From an uncultured Piscirickettsiaceae bacterium (GTDB lineage: Bacteria > Pseudomonadota > Gammaproteobacteria > GCF-002020875): 56,931 nt of DNA. A program made the position numbers and the translations under genes. The notes beneath the pieces were generated by a model. That model had not been told where the DNA came from, did no database searches, and was given only the letters and a program-made list of their open reading frames with translations. Positions within the stretch are counted from its first letter, which is position 1; each line of letters begins with the position of its first letter. Shown in pieces: positions 10,105-20,312 of this stretch. Location of the stretch: positions 1-56,931 of the forward strand of contig CAYFNH010000004.1 of NCBI GenBank assembly GCA_964344435.1, given 5' to 3'.

Positions 10105-10180
10105 CACCATGAAGCGCATGAAAAGCATGAAGGTGTCAAATTGTGCGGCCATGTCAGCCCCTTCATGATCTTCATGGTTC
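10105..10180. repeat. Intergenic imperfect palindrome built from tandem catgaag units
   Basis: catgaagcgcatgaaaagcatgaagg ... ccttcatgatcttcatgg. Confidence 0.6.
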
Positions 10181-10207
10181 AAGCTGTTACCCGAGATGAT
10201 TTAACCA

Positions 10208-12715
10208 ATGAGTAGTGCACCTCCTCTACCTACCCTGCATGCTGCGGCCAACTCCACCCCGGAGACCGAGACTGCAACCCTGCGAACCCTCCACCACTTC
10301 CACCTGGGGGATCCCAGTGTGGAGCGCGAGACACTCTCCATCAACAGTGAGCATCTGCCGGCACTGTTGAGCCCGTTTCGGGATACCTCCAAGATCCGCT
10401 ACGACTACCCGCTGGTTCTCTTCTCCCGCCACTCAAGCTATCGGGATCAGTATGCCCAGCCGCTTGCCAGCTTCCTCAAGGAGCACATCGAGGGGTTTGC
10501 TGCAGGTGAAAACAGTGCTCGCATCCTCAAGGACAATCTGGACTGGCTCGAACTTGCCATCCGCCGGGAGTTCGATGGCAAGCAGGGATCACAGCTACTG
10601 CTGCCCACCCTGGAAAGCGCCTGTGATGCGCTGCAGCGGCATCTCGCCCTCTCCAGTGACAATGCAGCCTCTCTGGCCGAAGACCTGGAACAACTCAAGG
10701 CCGGGATAGATGAGCAGGATGAACTGCTCCCCTATGACCGCTACACCACCATTCACCTGATGGTGCATCTGCTGCATGGCCGTTTCCATTCACGCTGGGA
10801 TCAGTTTGACGAGGAGCTGAAAGAGCTACAGCGCAAACTGGAGCAACTGCTTGATATTGAATATCACAAACGGGGCAAGATCGATGCGGACACCATCGGT
10901 CGCAGCATGGGCAGTGAAGCGACTCACTTCAATACCGACATCCTCTCAACCCTGATGCCGAAACAGTCGGCAACCGTACCGATGTCGGATCAGCGCCTGG
11001 AGCGCATCGAGAAGGCTGCATCCACCCTTCGCGAATTCGACCGCACACCGATTCAGGTGCGATTTATCCATAATGGAGACTTCAACGGCTCCTGGAGTCG
11101 CAACCCGGAGCACTTCGAGACCATTTCCGATCCGGATCCCTGCGACAGAGCATCGACCCTGTTTGACGAGGAGGCGAGTCGGCTATCCACCCTGTTTGCC
11201 GCCTGCCGTATCGCCCGCCTGGAGATCGACAACCATTACGACCCGGTTGTACATGACCCCTGGTTTGCCAACTTTGGCTGGGAGGCCTTCTCGGAGAAGG
11301 AGTTGCTGCTGATCCCGGCAACCGTTGCTCTGGAGTCCTCACTGCGCCTGGCCAATGAAGGGATGCGCTCACTCTCCAGACTACTCAACTCAGGCCGGCC
11401 CGTGCAGATCCTCACCCGGATCAAGGGGCATGGAAATCCGGCAGCAACCGAGGAGAAGCCCTTCAGCGACTTCCGCCTGGAGCTGGGATATCTGGCCACT
11501 GCCCACCGCCAGTGCTATGTAAGCCAGACCTCAGCGGCCCGTTATCAGCCCCTGATGCAGGGCTTCCTTGAGGCGACCGAGATGCCCCGCACCAGCATCC
11601 ACCTGATCAATACCGGCATTCAGGAAGAGTTGATCCTGCAGGAGACCGATCCTCACCTGGTCGGTAGCGGTGTCACCAAGAGTCGCAAACAATTTCTGAT
11701 GGATCCATGGATGGTAGCCGGTGCAGCACTGGAGGGGCGGGTTCACCCCTTCTTCCGTCTCAACCCCAAGTTGGGGGACACCTTTGCCGAGCGCATGGAC
11801 TTCAGCAGCAACCCGCAACCTGAGCGTGACTGGGCAATTCACCCCTTCAGCTACCGCGACCACCAGGGGGAGATGATCCACACCGAGATGGCCTTCACCT
11901 TTGCCGACTATGCCTTGCTGATCCCACAGCTGCGCAACCACTTCCGTCAGATACCGGAAGGCTTTACCTCGGAGGCACTGACCCCGATTGCAGACTACCT
12001 GACCCAAACCAACCAGGAGACCTTCTCCCGGATCCCCTTCGTCTGGACGGTCAACGAGAACAGCGAGCTTCACAAGGTGGTGATCTCGCGTGAACTGGTA
12101 CTGGCCTGCAAGGATCGGCTCAACTACTGGCATACCCTGCAGGAGCTCTCCGGAGTACGCAACCCTCATGTGGAACGCGCAGTCAGCGAGGCCAACCACC
12201 GCTCTGAAGAGCAGCACACTCAGCAGGTTCGTGAGCTGACCGAAGCCCACCAGGCGGAGATTGACGAGCTGCGCAGTAATGCCACCACCGAAGTGATGGG
12301 CAAACTGGCGCAGGTATTGATGGGGATGGATCTCTCGCAGGGGGTCAGCGCACCCGCTGCTGCAGCCACCGCACCGCAGGCTGAAACGGTGAGTGAAACA
12401 GCTACCACCGAAGAGGAGCCTGCAGCTGAAGGGGCGGCATCAGAACCCGCCCCCCTTGAGCTGACTGAAGATCCCTGGATCGACTCCATCCTCTGTACCA
12501 CCTGCAATGACTGCCTCTCAATCAACCCGCAGATGTTTGTCTACAATGAGGATAAACAGGCCTACATCACCGATCCGGCACTGGGCACATACGAACAGTT
12601 GGTCGAAGCGGCCGAACTCTGTCCCTCACGCTGCATCCACCCCGGTATGCCTTTGAATAAGGATGAATCCGACCTGGATGCGCTGATTGAACGTGCCACA
12701 CCCTTTAACCAATAA
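10208..12715 (+). CDS. Degenerate PFOR-related protein with C-terminal ferredoxin domain
   Basis: C-terminal CTTCNDC...CPSRCIHPG after an Ala/Glu linker. Shares WxxLQELxG and a coiled tail with 13672-18156. Confidence 0.7.
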   Translation: MSSAPPLPTLHAAANSTPETETATLRTLHHFHLGDPSVERETLSINSEHLPALLSPFRDTSKIRYDYPLVLFSRHSSYRDQYAQPLASFLKEHIEGFAAGENSARILKDNLDWLELAIRREFDGKQGSQLLLPTLESACDALQRHLALSSDNAASLAEDLEQLKAGIDEQDELLPYDRYTTIHLMVHLLHGRFHSRWDQFDEELKELQRKLEQLLDIEYHKRGKIDADTIGRSMGSEATHFNTDILSTLMPKQSATVPMSDQRLERIEKAASTLREFDRTPIQVRFIHNGDFNGSWSRNPEHFETISDPDPCDRASTLFDEEASRLSTLFAACRIARLEIDNHYDPVVHDPWFANFGWEAFSEKELLLIPATVALESSLRLANEGMRSLSRLLNSGRPVQILTRIKGHGNPAATEEKPFSDFRLELGYLATAHRQCYVSQTSAARYQPLMQGFLEATEMPRTSIHLINTGIQEELILQETDPHLVGSGVTKSRKQFLMDPWMVAGAALEGRVHPFFRLNPKLGDTFAERMDFSSNPQPERDWAIHPFSYRDHQGEMIHTEMAFTFADYALLIPQLRNHFRQIPEGFTSEALTPIADYLTQTNQETFSRIPFVWTVNENSELHKVVISRELVLACKDRLNYWHTLQELSGVRNPHVERAVSEANHRSEEQHTQQVRELTEAHQAEIDELRSNATTEVMGKLAQVLMGMDLSQGVSAPAAAATAPQAETVSETATTEEEPAAEGAASEPAPLELTEDPWIDSILCTTCNDCLSINPQMFVYNEDKQAYITDPALGTYEQLVEAAELCPSRCIHPGMPLNKDESDLDALIERATPFNQ

Positions 12716-12743
12716 AGCGGTTCAATATGGAAAAGCCATACCT

Positions 12744-12805
12744 GCGCAGATACACAAAGACACCAGGAAAAGTGGTTCTCTGCGTCTCTGCGTCTCTGCG
12801 CGAGA
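12744..12805. repeat. Intergenic REP-like palindrome with tandem ctctgcgt 8-mers
   Basis: gcgcagatacacaaagac ... ctctgcgtctctgcgtctctgcgc. Confidence 0.6.
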
Positions 12806-12824
12806 CCGCTTTTAAGGGGGATTA

Positions 12825-13688
12825 ATGAACAGCGTTATCGCCTCCCCCGTCATCATGACCGGAATCGGCCTCTTCTTCGGGGTGGTGCTGGCGGTGGCCT
12901 ATCGCCTGCTCAAGGTGGAGGAGGATCCACGTATCGACCAGACCGAAGGGATGCTCCCCGGAACCAACTGCGGCGCCTGCGGTGAACCCGGCTGCCGCGC
13001 CTTCGCCGAGGCGCTGATTGCCAGCACCGTCGAGCCCGGCAAATGTACCGTCGCCCCCAAGGAGGACATCGAGGAGATTGCCGATCTACTCGGGGTCGAC
13101 GCCGGCGAACAGGTCAAGCGGGTAGCCCGCCTCCACTGTGCCGGCGGCAAGGCCGAGGCGTGGCAGATCGCCGAGTACCGTGGCTTTGACAGCTGCCGTG
13201 CCGCTGCCACCGTATCGGGGGGAGGCAAAGGGTGCTCCTGGGGCTGTCTGGGGCTGGCTGACTGTGAGCTGGCCTGCACCTTTGACGCCATCCACATGAA
13301 CAGCAATGGCCTTCCCGTGGTCGACACCGAGAAGTGTACCGCTTGCGAGGATTGTGTTGTCGCCTGCCCCAAGGACCTGTTCCAGATCCACCCAATGGAT
13401 GAGCACCTCTTTGTCCAGTGCAATGCCCCGCTTGAGGGAGAGGCGATCACCGTACTGTGCCGCTCCGCCTGTGATGGCTGTGGAAAATGTGCGGCGGATG
13501 CCGACACCGGGCTCATCACCATGACCGACAACCTGCCGCGAGTGGATTATCGCAGCGGCGCACAGGAGAGCCCCAAGGCCACCTGGCGCTGCCCCACCGG
13601 AGCGATTCTCTGGCTTGATGGGGCACAGTTTGATGAAAACAACCGCAACCGGAGCGAGGGTGAAAAACGTTATGCCAAGCTTTGCTGA
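12825..13688 (+). CDS. rnfB: Rnf electron transport complex subunit B
   Basis: N-terminal TM, LPGTNCGACGEPGC, and polyferredoxin motifs CLGLADCELAC and CTACEDCVVACP. Confidence 0.92.
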   Translation: MNSVIASPVIMTGIGLFFGVVLAVAYRLLKVEEDPRIDQTEGMLPGTNCGACGEPGCRAFAEALIASTVEPGKCTVAPKEDIEEIADLLGVDAGEQVKRVARLHCAGGKAEAWQIAEYRGFDSCRAAATVSGGGKGCSWGCLGLADCELACTFDAIHMNSNGLPVVDTEKCTACEDCVVACPKDLFQIHPMDEHLFVQCNAPLEGEAITVLCRSACDGCGKCAADADTGLITMTDNLPRVDYRSGAQESPKATWRCPTGAILWLDGAQFDENNRNRSEGEKRYAKLC

Positions 13689-16600
13689 TATCGCCAGCCG
13701 CCTCTATCGCCAACTGCTCGGAGTGAAGAGTAGCCCACTGGGTGATGAGCATGGCATCACCACCCTGCTGGAGGGTAGCGTTGCCATTGCCACGGTAGAG
13801 GCGATTCTGTGTGAGGTCTCCAGCAGTGGCGAGAGTTTCCCGCCGGAGCCAGGTGGTATCGCCTGGCGTGGTGAACAGCAGCGCCAGCAACTCAACCTGT
13901 TTGGTCAACCCCTGCTACAGATCGAGAGCGAGAGCCCACGTGCCGCTCTCTCCGCCGCAATGGGGCTGAGCATGAGTGGAAAACGAACCCACTGCAGCCT
14001 CTGGTCCAGTGATCTGGCTGCTGCTCAAGACCTGCTGCGACGCGCAGTCGGCCACCACCTGCCACTGGTGATTCACACCATCAACCGAGCCCTTCCCCTG
14101 CAGGGGAGCAGCCGTGGTGGCAGTCATCAGCCGTTGCACCAACTGAAAGAGAGTGGTGCCTGCATCCTTCTGGCCCAGAACGGCCAGCAGGCGATCGACT
14201 TTACCCTGATTGCCCACGCCGTCGCCGAACAGGCACTGATCCCGGTTGTGGTCGCGATGGATGGGGAAGAGACTGCTTTCAGTCTGCAGACGCTGCAACT
14301 CCCCTCACCACAACTGATTCAACAACTGGTCGGCCAGAGCAGTGACACGATTGAGGTAACGGATCCGGCACAACAGATGCTGTTTGGGGAGAGGCGCCGC
14401 CGTATCCCTCGCTGGCATGATCTCGACCGCCCTACCCTGCAAGGCAGCTACCAGGATCGCTACCGGTTCGGACTGGGCGAGCTCTCCCACCAGCACTTCT
14501 TCGGCCGTCCCGTCTCGTCAATACTGAAGCAGACCTTCGACCACTTCTACCAACTGAGTGGACGTGAGCTTGGCCCCCTCTCCTACCGGGGAGACTACAA
14601 GAGTCGCAGACTGGTGGTCACCCAGGGGGCGCTCACAGAACGCTGCCAACAGGTAGTCGACCACCTGCAGGAGTCCAAGGGGAGTGACCTGGCCGTGGTC
14701 GGCATCCAGCAGCTATCCCCCGCCCCCAGCAACCTGTTGCGCAAATTGCTGCAACGGGCCGATGAGGTCACCATTCTGGATCGGGTCGAGCCACTGCTGG
14801 AGGAAGATCCACCGCTACAGCGACAGCTGGCTGTTTTCACCTCTCCCAGCTGTAGAATCCATACCATTCTCTATGGAAGCGGTGACACACCGATCCGCAA
14901 CCGTGACCTGCTCGCCGCTTTTCAACTACCGATTAGCGGCCCGCCCACCCCACTCCATCTGGGTGTCGAACCACTGCCTGAGCAGAACAACCCCAAGCAG
15001 CAGGCTCAACACGACCTCCTTGTACGCCACTACCCGGAACTGAAAAATCTGGGGTTGCGAGGCCGGGAGTCGCTACCGGAAAACAGCGATCAGGCGCTTA
15101 CCATCGCCGTCGTACACCGCAATGCAAGGCGTGACCATACCCTCTGTTTCGAGGTGGCCCGTCAGCTCTACCATACCCACCCTGCCGAGATCCGCTCACG
15201 ACAGCAGATGCACTGGGCAGACTGGGGCAAGAGCCACATCGACCTCTTTCGCTACAGCACCACAACAGAGGATTCCCTGACCGATCCGGAGCAACGCTTC
15301 GATGTCGTACTGCTTTGCGGTCACCGTCCCGAACAGGGGATCCCGGCACTGGCACAGATGCACAGCGGAACCCGACTGCTGATCGACCCCGGTTCACTCA
15401 GTCAACAAACATACCTCGCTGCACTACCCGCGCAAGCCAGCGCACAGCTGCACCAGCTGGGGGTTGAGCTCCATTTCATCCTCTACCATGCCGAAAGCCG
15501 GGAAGATAGCGAAGCCGCCTATGCCCAACGCAGTGGTCATCTGTTCAACCTGATCCGACAAAGCAGCCCGTTCGAGCTCAGAGAGGGGCGGCTGGTAGAA
15601 CACTATCCGGCAACAGCACACAAAACCACATTCCAGGCCGCGCTGGAGGAGCCTCTACAGCCCTACCCACTGCAACACCCCGCAATACCTGCGGCTACCA
15701 TTGCCCCCCGAACCCCCATGGCGGTTCGCCATCTGGGACGAAGCAGTGATGCCGATAGTGCCGAGGGCTACCACAACCTGGCCCGCTTCTGGGATCAGAC
15801 CGGAGTGCTCTACCGTGACGGGACAGAGGCCCGGCAAGGGGTCGACCCATTCATCGCCAGCGGACAGATTCCTCCGCTCTCCTCCACCTTCAGTAACCAC
15901 AGCAAGCAGATTGTGGCACCACCTCAGTTCGACCCCGTGCACTGTAGTGGCTGCGGGAAGTGCTGGAGTAACTGCCCCGACAGTGCCATCGGTGCCAGCG
16001 TACTCTCTCCCTCACGCCTGCTGGAGGCCGGAATGCAGATGGGTGGAGCCGATGCCCTGCGCCCACACCTTGGCAAACTGACCAAGGTGCTGAGCACCAT
16101 CACCGCAAGTGGAGACAGCCAGATACTGATCCATGAAGGGTGGAAACTGTTAATGGAACAGGCACCGCTCGCCGCTGAGCGTCGTGCAGCAGCAGATGAG
16201 GCGATCCAGCAGCTCTCGGACAACCTCGGTACCATGCCACTGGTGCTGACTGAACCCCTGTTCCACGCTCAGGAGCGCAGCAAACCACAGTCTGGCGAGC
16301 TGCTGACCCTGGTCATCAACCCGGACAGCTGCAAAGGGTGCGGCATCTGTACCACCCTCTGTCAGCAGGAGGCTGTGGCACGGCAACAAGAGCAGTCTGC
16401 ACTGACCCTGCCTGCAGACAGGGGGGAGTTGTCTGCCTACTATCAACGCTGGCGCGTCTGGGAGCAGCTTCCCGATACCACATCGGAGAGCCTGAGCAGA
16501 ATGGCCGCCGCCCCCGAATTTGGCCCGCTCCATGCCACCCTGCTCTCGCGGTACGCCGGTATGACCATCGCCGGAGGCGACCATGCCGAACCCGGCTCTG

Positions 16601-18156
16601 GCGAGAAGTTGGCGTTACGACAGCTGTTGGGCATCACCGAATATCAGCAGCAGCCACAGGTACACCAGCTGCTGCAGAAGATGGAGGGGCTCTATCAGCA
16701 GCTGACATCCAGGATTCGCGAACAGCTGGCAATCGCCTCACACATTGATGACCTCACCGCTCTGGCCGAAGGGCTTGGGGAGCTCGACAACCGTAATCTT
16801 ACCCTCTCCAAACTGGCCGAAAAGACCGCGACCATCGAGGGAGAGGGGGTTGATGCATTCCTGCTCAAGGAGTCCATCGAGCTGGCTACCGCGCTACAAC
16901 AGGAGCAGCAACGGATCGCCAGTGGCGACCAGTCACTCGGACGAGCCCGCTACAGCCTGCTGTTTGCCTCCGGCTCTGCCGCCAGCTGGGCCGGTACTTT
17001 CCCACTCAACCCGTTCCAGGTACCGGTCACCATTGCAGAGCCAGCCGAGATCGGCGCCATGGCTGCAGGGTTGATAGAGGGGCAAATGGAGCATGTCAAC
17101 GCCACTCAACGTCTGATTCACCAGGCAGAAAATCTGCTAAAAAATGGCTCTGCCGCCGAACGCCAGGAGATGAAGCGGAGTGGCTGGCGTGACCTCACCG
17201 AGGAGGAGCGCAAATCCTGCCCTCCCCTGCTGTTGATCGGAAACGACACCACCCTTGGGGGGGCTGCCAGCAGTGGCCTGCAGTGGTTACTGAACAGCGA
17301 CCTGCCGGTGAAGGTCATTGTACTGACGGAGCTGGATCTTGGTCTTGCGGGGGCAGAGGGGCTCCATGGCAACCACCACGCAGCACGCGATAACCACAGT
17401 GAACTGGCGCTCTCTGCACTGGCACAGCGTCATGCATTTGTAGCGCAGTGCTCCATCGCCCATCCCGATCACCTCAACCGCACCATGCGGGACGCCCTTC
17501 ATCACAAAGGCCCGGCACTGCTGCGGATTCACACCCCCAGCCCACTACGCCATGGGTTTGACAGTGCAGAGACCGTGACCCAGGCTACCCTTGCGGTTGC
17601 AACGCGTGCCTTCCCGCTGTTTTGCTACAACCCGCAACTTCCCGGAGTCTTCGGTACCCGGATCAGGCTGGAGGGTAACCCGGATGAAGCAACACCGATT
17701 ACCGACTGGGCACTGCAGGAGCAGCGTTTCCACGGCCTGTTCGAGCCACTCAACGCTCACAAATCTCCCACTCCACTGCAGCAGTGGCTTACACTGGACC
17801 CACGCAGTCAGGAAAACAAAACCCCCAGCTGCACGAATGCTGGCACTGAAATGGCCGTCAACCCCACCCTGGCCCGCCGACTTGGACAGCTGCTGGAGCA
17901 GTGGCAGATGCTTCAAGAGCTGGCCGGTGTAGTCACTCCGTTTACCGCAGAGGTACAACAGCAGGCGGAGCAGGCGGTTGCCAGCCGTCACCAGACCGAG
18001 ATCGATGCCCTGAAACAGAGCCATCAACAGGAGTTGCAGATGCTACGCGAGCAACTGGAGTCCGAGGTAACCGCAAGGATTACCGGTCGACTCACCGCCC
18101 TGGTCGAGCACTCCCACACATTTGAGAAAGAGGAAAGCAAGCATGAATCTGCATGA
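13672..18156 (+). CDS. Large NifJ/PFOR-fold protein with two 4Fe-4S motifs; catalytic motifs degenerate
   Basis: PFOR domain order with CSGCGKCWSNCP and CKGCGICTTLC. YPITP, CxxC and GDG equivalents are altered. ATG 13672 overlaps the end of rnfB. Confidence 0.78.
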   Translation: MPSFADIASRLYRQLLGVKSSPLGDEHGITTLLEGSVAIATVEAILCEVSSSGESFPPEPGGIAWRGEQQRQQLNLFGQPLLQIESESPRAALSAAMGLSMSGKRTHCSLWSSDLAAAQDLLRRAVGHHLPLVIHTINRALPLQGSSRGGSHQPLHQLKESGACILLAQNGQQAIDFTLIAHAVAEQALIPVVVAMDGEETAFSLQTLQLPSPQLIQQLVGQSSDTIEVTDPAQQMLFGERRRRIPRWHDLDRPTLQGSYQDRYRFGLGELSHQHFFGRPVSSILKQTFDHFYQLSGRELGPLSYRGDYKSRRLVVTQGALTERCQQVVDHLQESKGSDLAVVGIQQLSPAPSNLLRKLLQRADEVTILDRVEPLLEEDPPLQRQLAVFTSPSCRIHTILYGSGDTPIRNRDLLAAFQLPISGPPTPLHLGVEPLPEQNNPKQQAQHDLLVRHYPELKNLGLRGRESLPENSDQALTIAVVHRNARRDHTLCFEVARQLYHTHPAEIRSRQQMHWADWGKSHIDLFRYSTTTEDSLTDPEQRFDVVLLCGHRPEQGIPALAQMHSGTRLLIDPGSLSQQTYLAALPAQASAQLHQLGVELHFILYHAESREDSEAAYAQRSGHLFNLIRQSSPFELREGRLVEHYPATAHKTTFQAALEEPLQPYPLQHPAIPAATIAPRTPMAVRHLGRSSDADSAEGYHNLARFWDQTGVLYRDGTEARQGVDPFIASGQIPPLSSTFSNHSKQIVAPPQFDPVHCSGCGKCWSNCPDSAIGASVLSPSRLLEAGMQMGGADALRPHLGKLTKVLSTITASGDSQILIHEGWKLLMEQAPLAAERRAAADEAIQQLSDNLGTMPLVLTEPLFHAQERSKPQSGELLTLVINPDSCKGCGICTTLCQQEAVARQQEQSALTLPADRGELSAYYQRWRVWEQLPDTTSESLSRMAAAPEFGPLHATLLSRYAGMTIAGGDHAEPGSGEKLALRQLLGITEYQQQPQVHQLLQKMEGLYQQLTSRIREQLAIASHIDDLTALAEGLGELDNRNLTLSKLAEKTATIEGEGVDAFLLKESIELATALQQEQQRIASGDQSLGRARYSLLFASGSAASWAGTFPLNPFQVPVTIAEPAEIGAMAAGLIEGQMEHVNATQRLIHQAENLLKNGSAAERQEMKRSGWRDLTEEERKSCPPLLLIGNDTTLGGAASSGLQWLLNSDLPVKVIVLTELDLGLAGAEGLHGNHHAARDNHSELALSALAQRHAFVAQCSIAHPDHLNRTMRDALHHKGPALLRIHTPSPLRHGFDSAETVTQATLAVATRAFPLFCYNPQLPGVFGTRIRLEGNPDEATPITDWALQEQRFHGLFEPLNAHKSPTPLQQWLTLDPRSQENKTPSCTNAGTEMAVNPTLARRLGQLLEQWQMLQELAGVVTPFTAEVQQQAEQAVASRHQTEIDALKQSHQQELQMLREQLESEVTARITGRLTALVEHSHTFEKEESKHESA

Positions 18157-19303
18157 ATACCAATCGAAAGCACTTTTTGAGCGTGCCGGCATTCCGGTTC
18201 CACAAGGCATCACCATTGAGCAACTGAGTGAAGTGGCCTCTGCCGCCAGCGAGATCGACAGCGATGGCTGGGTGGCCAAGGCACAGGTACACGCCGGAGG
18301 CCGTGGCAAGGCGGGGGGGGTCAAGATTGCAAGGAATGGAGATGAGCTTGAGTCGGTAATCACCCAGATGCTGGGCAGCAGCCTGAGTACGCATCAAACC
18401 CATGGTCGTGCACTGCCGATCCACAAGGTGCTGATCGAGCAGACCCTCGACATTCAGAACGAGCTCTACCTCGGTGCCCTGGTCGACCGCGACCGGGAGC
18501 AGATCGTCTACATGGCCTCTGCTGCCGGAGGCATGGATATCGAGCAGGTGGCGGCAGAATCCCCCGAGAAGATTCTCACCGTCCACGCCCACCCTGCTGC
18601 CGGACTGCAGCCCTACCAGTGCCGCCAGTTGGCCTTTGGTCTTGGACTGGAGGGGAAGCAGATCGGTATGCTGACCAACATTCTGAAGGGGCTGCACGCG
18701 CTCTTCACCCACAACGACTTCAGCCTGGTGGAGATCAACCCGCTGATCGTCACCGGCAGTGGTGAGCTACTGGCGCTGGATGCAAAGATCAACATCGATG
18801 ACAACGCCCTCTATCGCCACCCCCGGCTCAAGGAACTGCATGATCCTACCCAGGAGGATGCAGCCGAACTGGAGGCGAGTCAGCACGACCTCAACTACAT
18901 CACCCTCGACGGTAATATCGGCTGCATGGTCAACGGAGCCGGACTGGCGATGGCAACCATGGATCTGATCAAGCTCCATGGGGGAGATCCCGCCAACTTC
19001 CTCGATGTCGGTGGTGGCACCACCGCCGAGCGAGTGGCTGCCGCCTTCAAGCTGATCCTGAGTGATGACAAGGTACGCGCCATTCTGGTCAATATCTTTG
19101 GCGGGATTGTCCGCTGTGACCTGATTGCCGAGGGGATCATCACCGCAATCAAGGAGGTGGGGGTCTCGATTCCGGTCATTGTTCGGCTGGAGGGGACCAA
19201 CGCCGCCCAGGGGATGGAGATGTTGAAGAGCAGCGGCCTCAACGTACTCGTCGAGGATACATTGACCGGTGCGGCCCAGAAGGCAGTCGCCTCTGCAGCG
19301 TAA
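18143..19303 (+). CDS. sucC: Succinyl-CoA synthetase beta subunit
   Basis: MNLHEYQ start, [25 protein letters not shown] and [10 protein letters not shown]. Confidence 0.95.
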   Translation: MNLHEYQSKALFERAGIPVPQGITIEQLSEVASAASEIDSDGWVAKAQVHAGGRGKAGGVKIARNGDELESVITQMLGSSLSTHQTHGRALPIHKVLIEQTLDIQNELYLGALVDRDREQIVYMASAAGGMDIEQVAAESPEKILTVHAHPAAGLQPYQCRQLAFGLGLEGKQIGMLTNILKGLHALFTHNDFSLVEINPLIVTGSGELLALDAKINIDDNALYRHPRLKELHDPTQEDAAELEASQHDLNYITLDGNIGCMVNGAGLAMATMDLIKLHGGDPANFLDVGGGTTAERVAAAFKLILSDDKVRAILVNIFGGIVRCDLIAEGIITAIKEVGVSIPVIVRLEGTNAAQGMEMLKSSGLNVLVEDTLTGAAQKAVASAA

Positions 19304-19314
19304 GGAGAACCATC

Positions 19315-20187
19315 ATGAGCGTACTAATCAACAGCAATACCCGAGTCATTGTGCAGGGCTTCACCGGAAAACAGGGCACCTTCCACGCCGAGCAGTCGAT
19401 CGCCTACGGCACCAACATCGTTGGTGGTGTCACTCCCGGCAAAGGTGGAACAGTTCACCTCGATCGTCCGGTCTTCAATACCGTGGCGGATGCGGTTGCC
19501 TCCACCGGTGCCGATGCCTCGATGATCTACGTACCGGCCGCCTTTGCTGCCGACGCCATCTTCGAGGCCGCCGATGCCGGCATCAAGACCATCGTATGTA
19601 TTACCGAAGGTATCCCTGTTCAGGATATGATCAAGGTGAAGGCGTTCCTCGCCGGGTACCCCGAGACCCGCCTGATCGGACCGAACTGCCCCGGAATCAT
19701 CACCCCCGGCGAGTGCAAGATCGGCATCATGCCGGGCAACATCCACCAGCAGGGTTCAATCGGTATTGTCTCCCGCTCCGGTACCCTCACCTACGAGGCG
19801 GTGTTCCAGACCACCAACGCCGGACTGGGACAGAGCACCTGTATCGGTATCGGCGGTGATCCGATCCACGGCATGAACTTCATCGACTGCCTCAAACTGT
19901 TCGAGGCCGATGAGCAGACCCGAGGGATCATCCTGGTCGGCGAGATCGGTGGCAGCAAGGAGGAAGAGGCCGCAGCCTTTATTCAGGAGCATGTAAGCAA
20001 ACCGGTGGTTGCCTATATTGCCGGCGTAACTGCGCCTCCGGGCCGCCGCATGGGCCATGCCGGTGCGGTCATCTCCGGCGGCAAGGGAACCGCCCAGGAC
20101 AAGATTGCGACACTGGAGGCAGCCGGTGTCACCGTCTCCCGCTCCCCCGCCGAGATCGGCCAGCATATGGCTGAACTACTGAAATGA
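19315..20187 (+). CDS. sucD: Succinyl-CoA synthetase alpha subunit
   Basis: [26 protein letters not shown] and the phospho-His motif RMGHAGA. Confidence 0.95.
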   Translation: MSVLINSNTRVIVQGFTGKQGTFHAEQSIAYGTNIVGGVTPGKGGTVHLDRPVFNTVADAVASTGADASMIYVPAAFAADAIFEAADAGIKTIVCITEGIPVQDMIKVKAFLAGYPETRLIGPNCPGIITPGECKIGIMPGNIHQQGSIGIVSRSGTLTYEAVFQTTNAGLGQSTCIGIGGDPIHGMNFIDCLKLFEADEQTRGIILVGEIGGSKEEEAAAFIQEHVSKPVVAYIAGVTAPPGRRMGHAGAVISGGKGTAQDKIATLEAAGVTVSRSPAEIGQHMAELLK

Positions 20188-20209
20188 TCGTTTCAGCACA
20201 AGCTATATT

Positions 20210-20298
20210 TTTAACGCCAAGACGCCAAGACGCCAAGAACGCAGAGAACAGTTTTTTTCTGCTTTGCGCCCTTTGCGTCTTTGCGCCTCTGCGTTAAA
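20210..20298. repeat. Intergenic REP-like palindrome with tandem 8-mers
   Basis: ttaacgccaagacgccaagacgccaagaacgcagag ... ctttgcgccctttgcgtctttgcgcctctgcgttaa. Confidence 0.7.
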
Positions 20299-20312
20299 CA
20301 GGCTTTCAGGAT

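Noticed and set aside
18143..20187. Citryl-CoA synthetase or ATP-citrate lyase (rTCA key enzyme)
   Set aside because: Lengths and motifs ([21 protein letters not shown]) match ordinary proteobacterial SucC and SucD.
20210..20298. CRISPR-like repeats
   Set aside because: Tandem 8-mers in a palindrome with no spacers and no cas genes.
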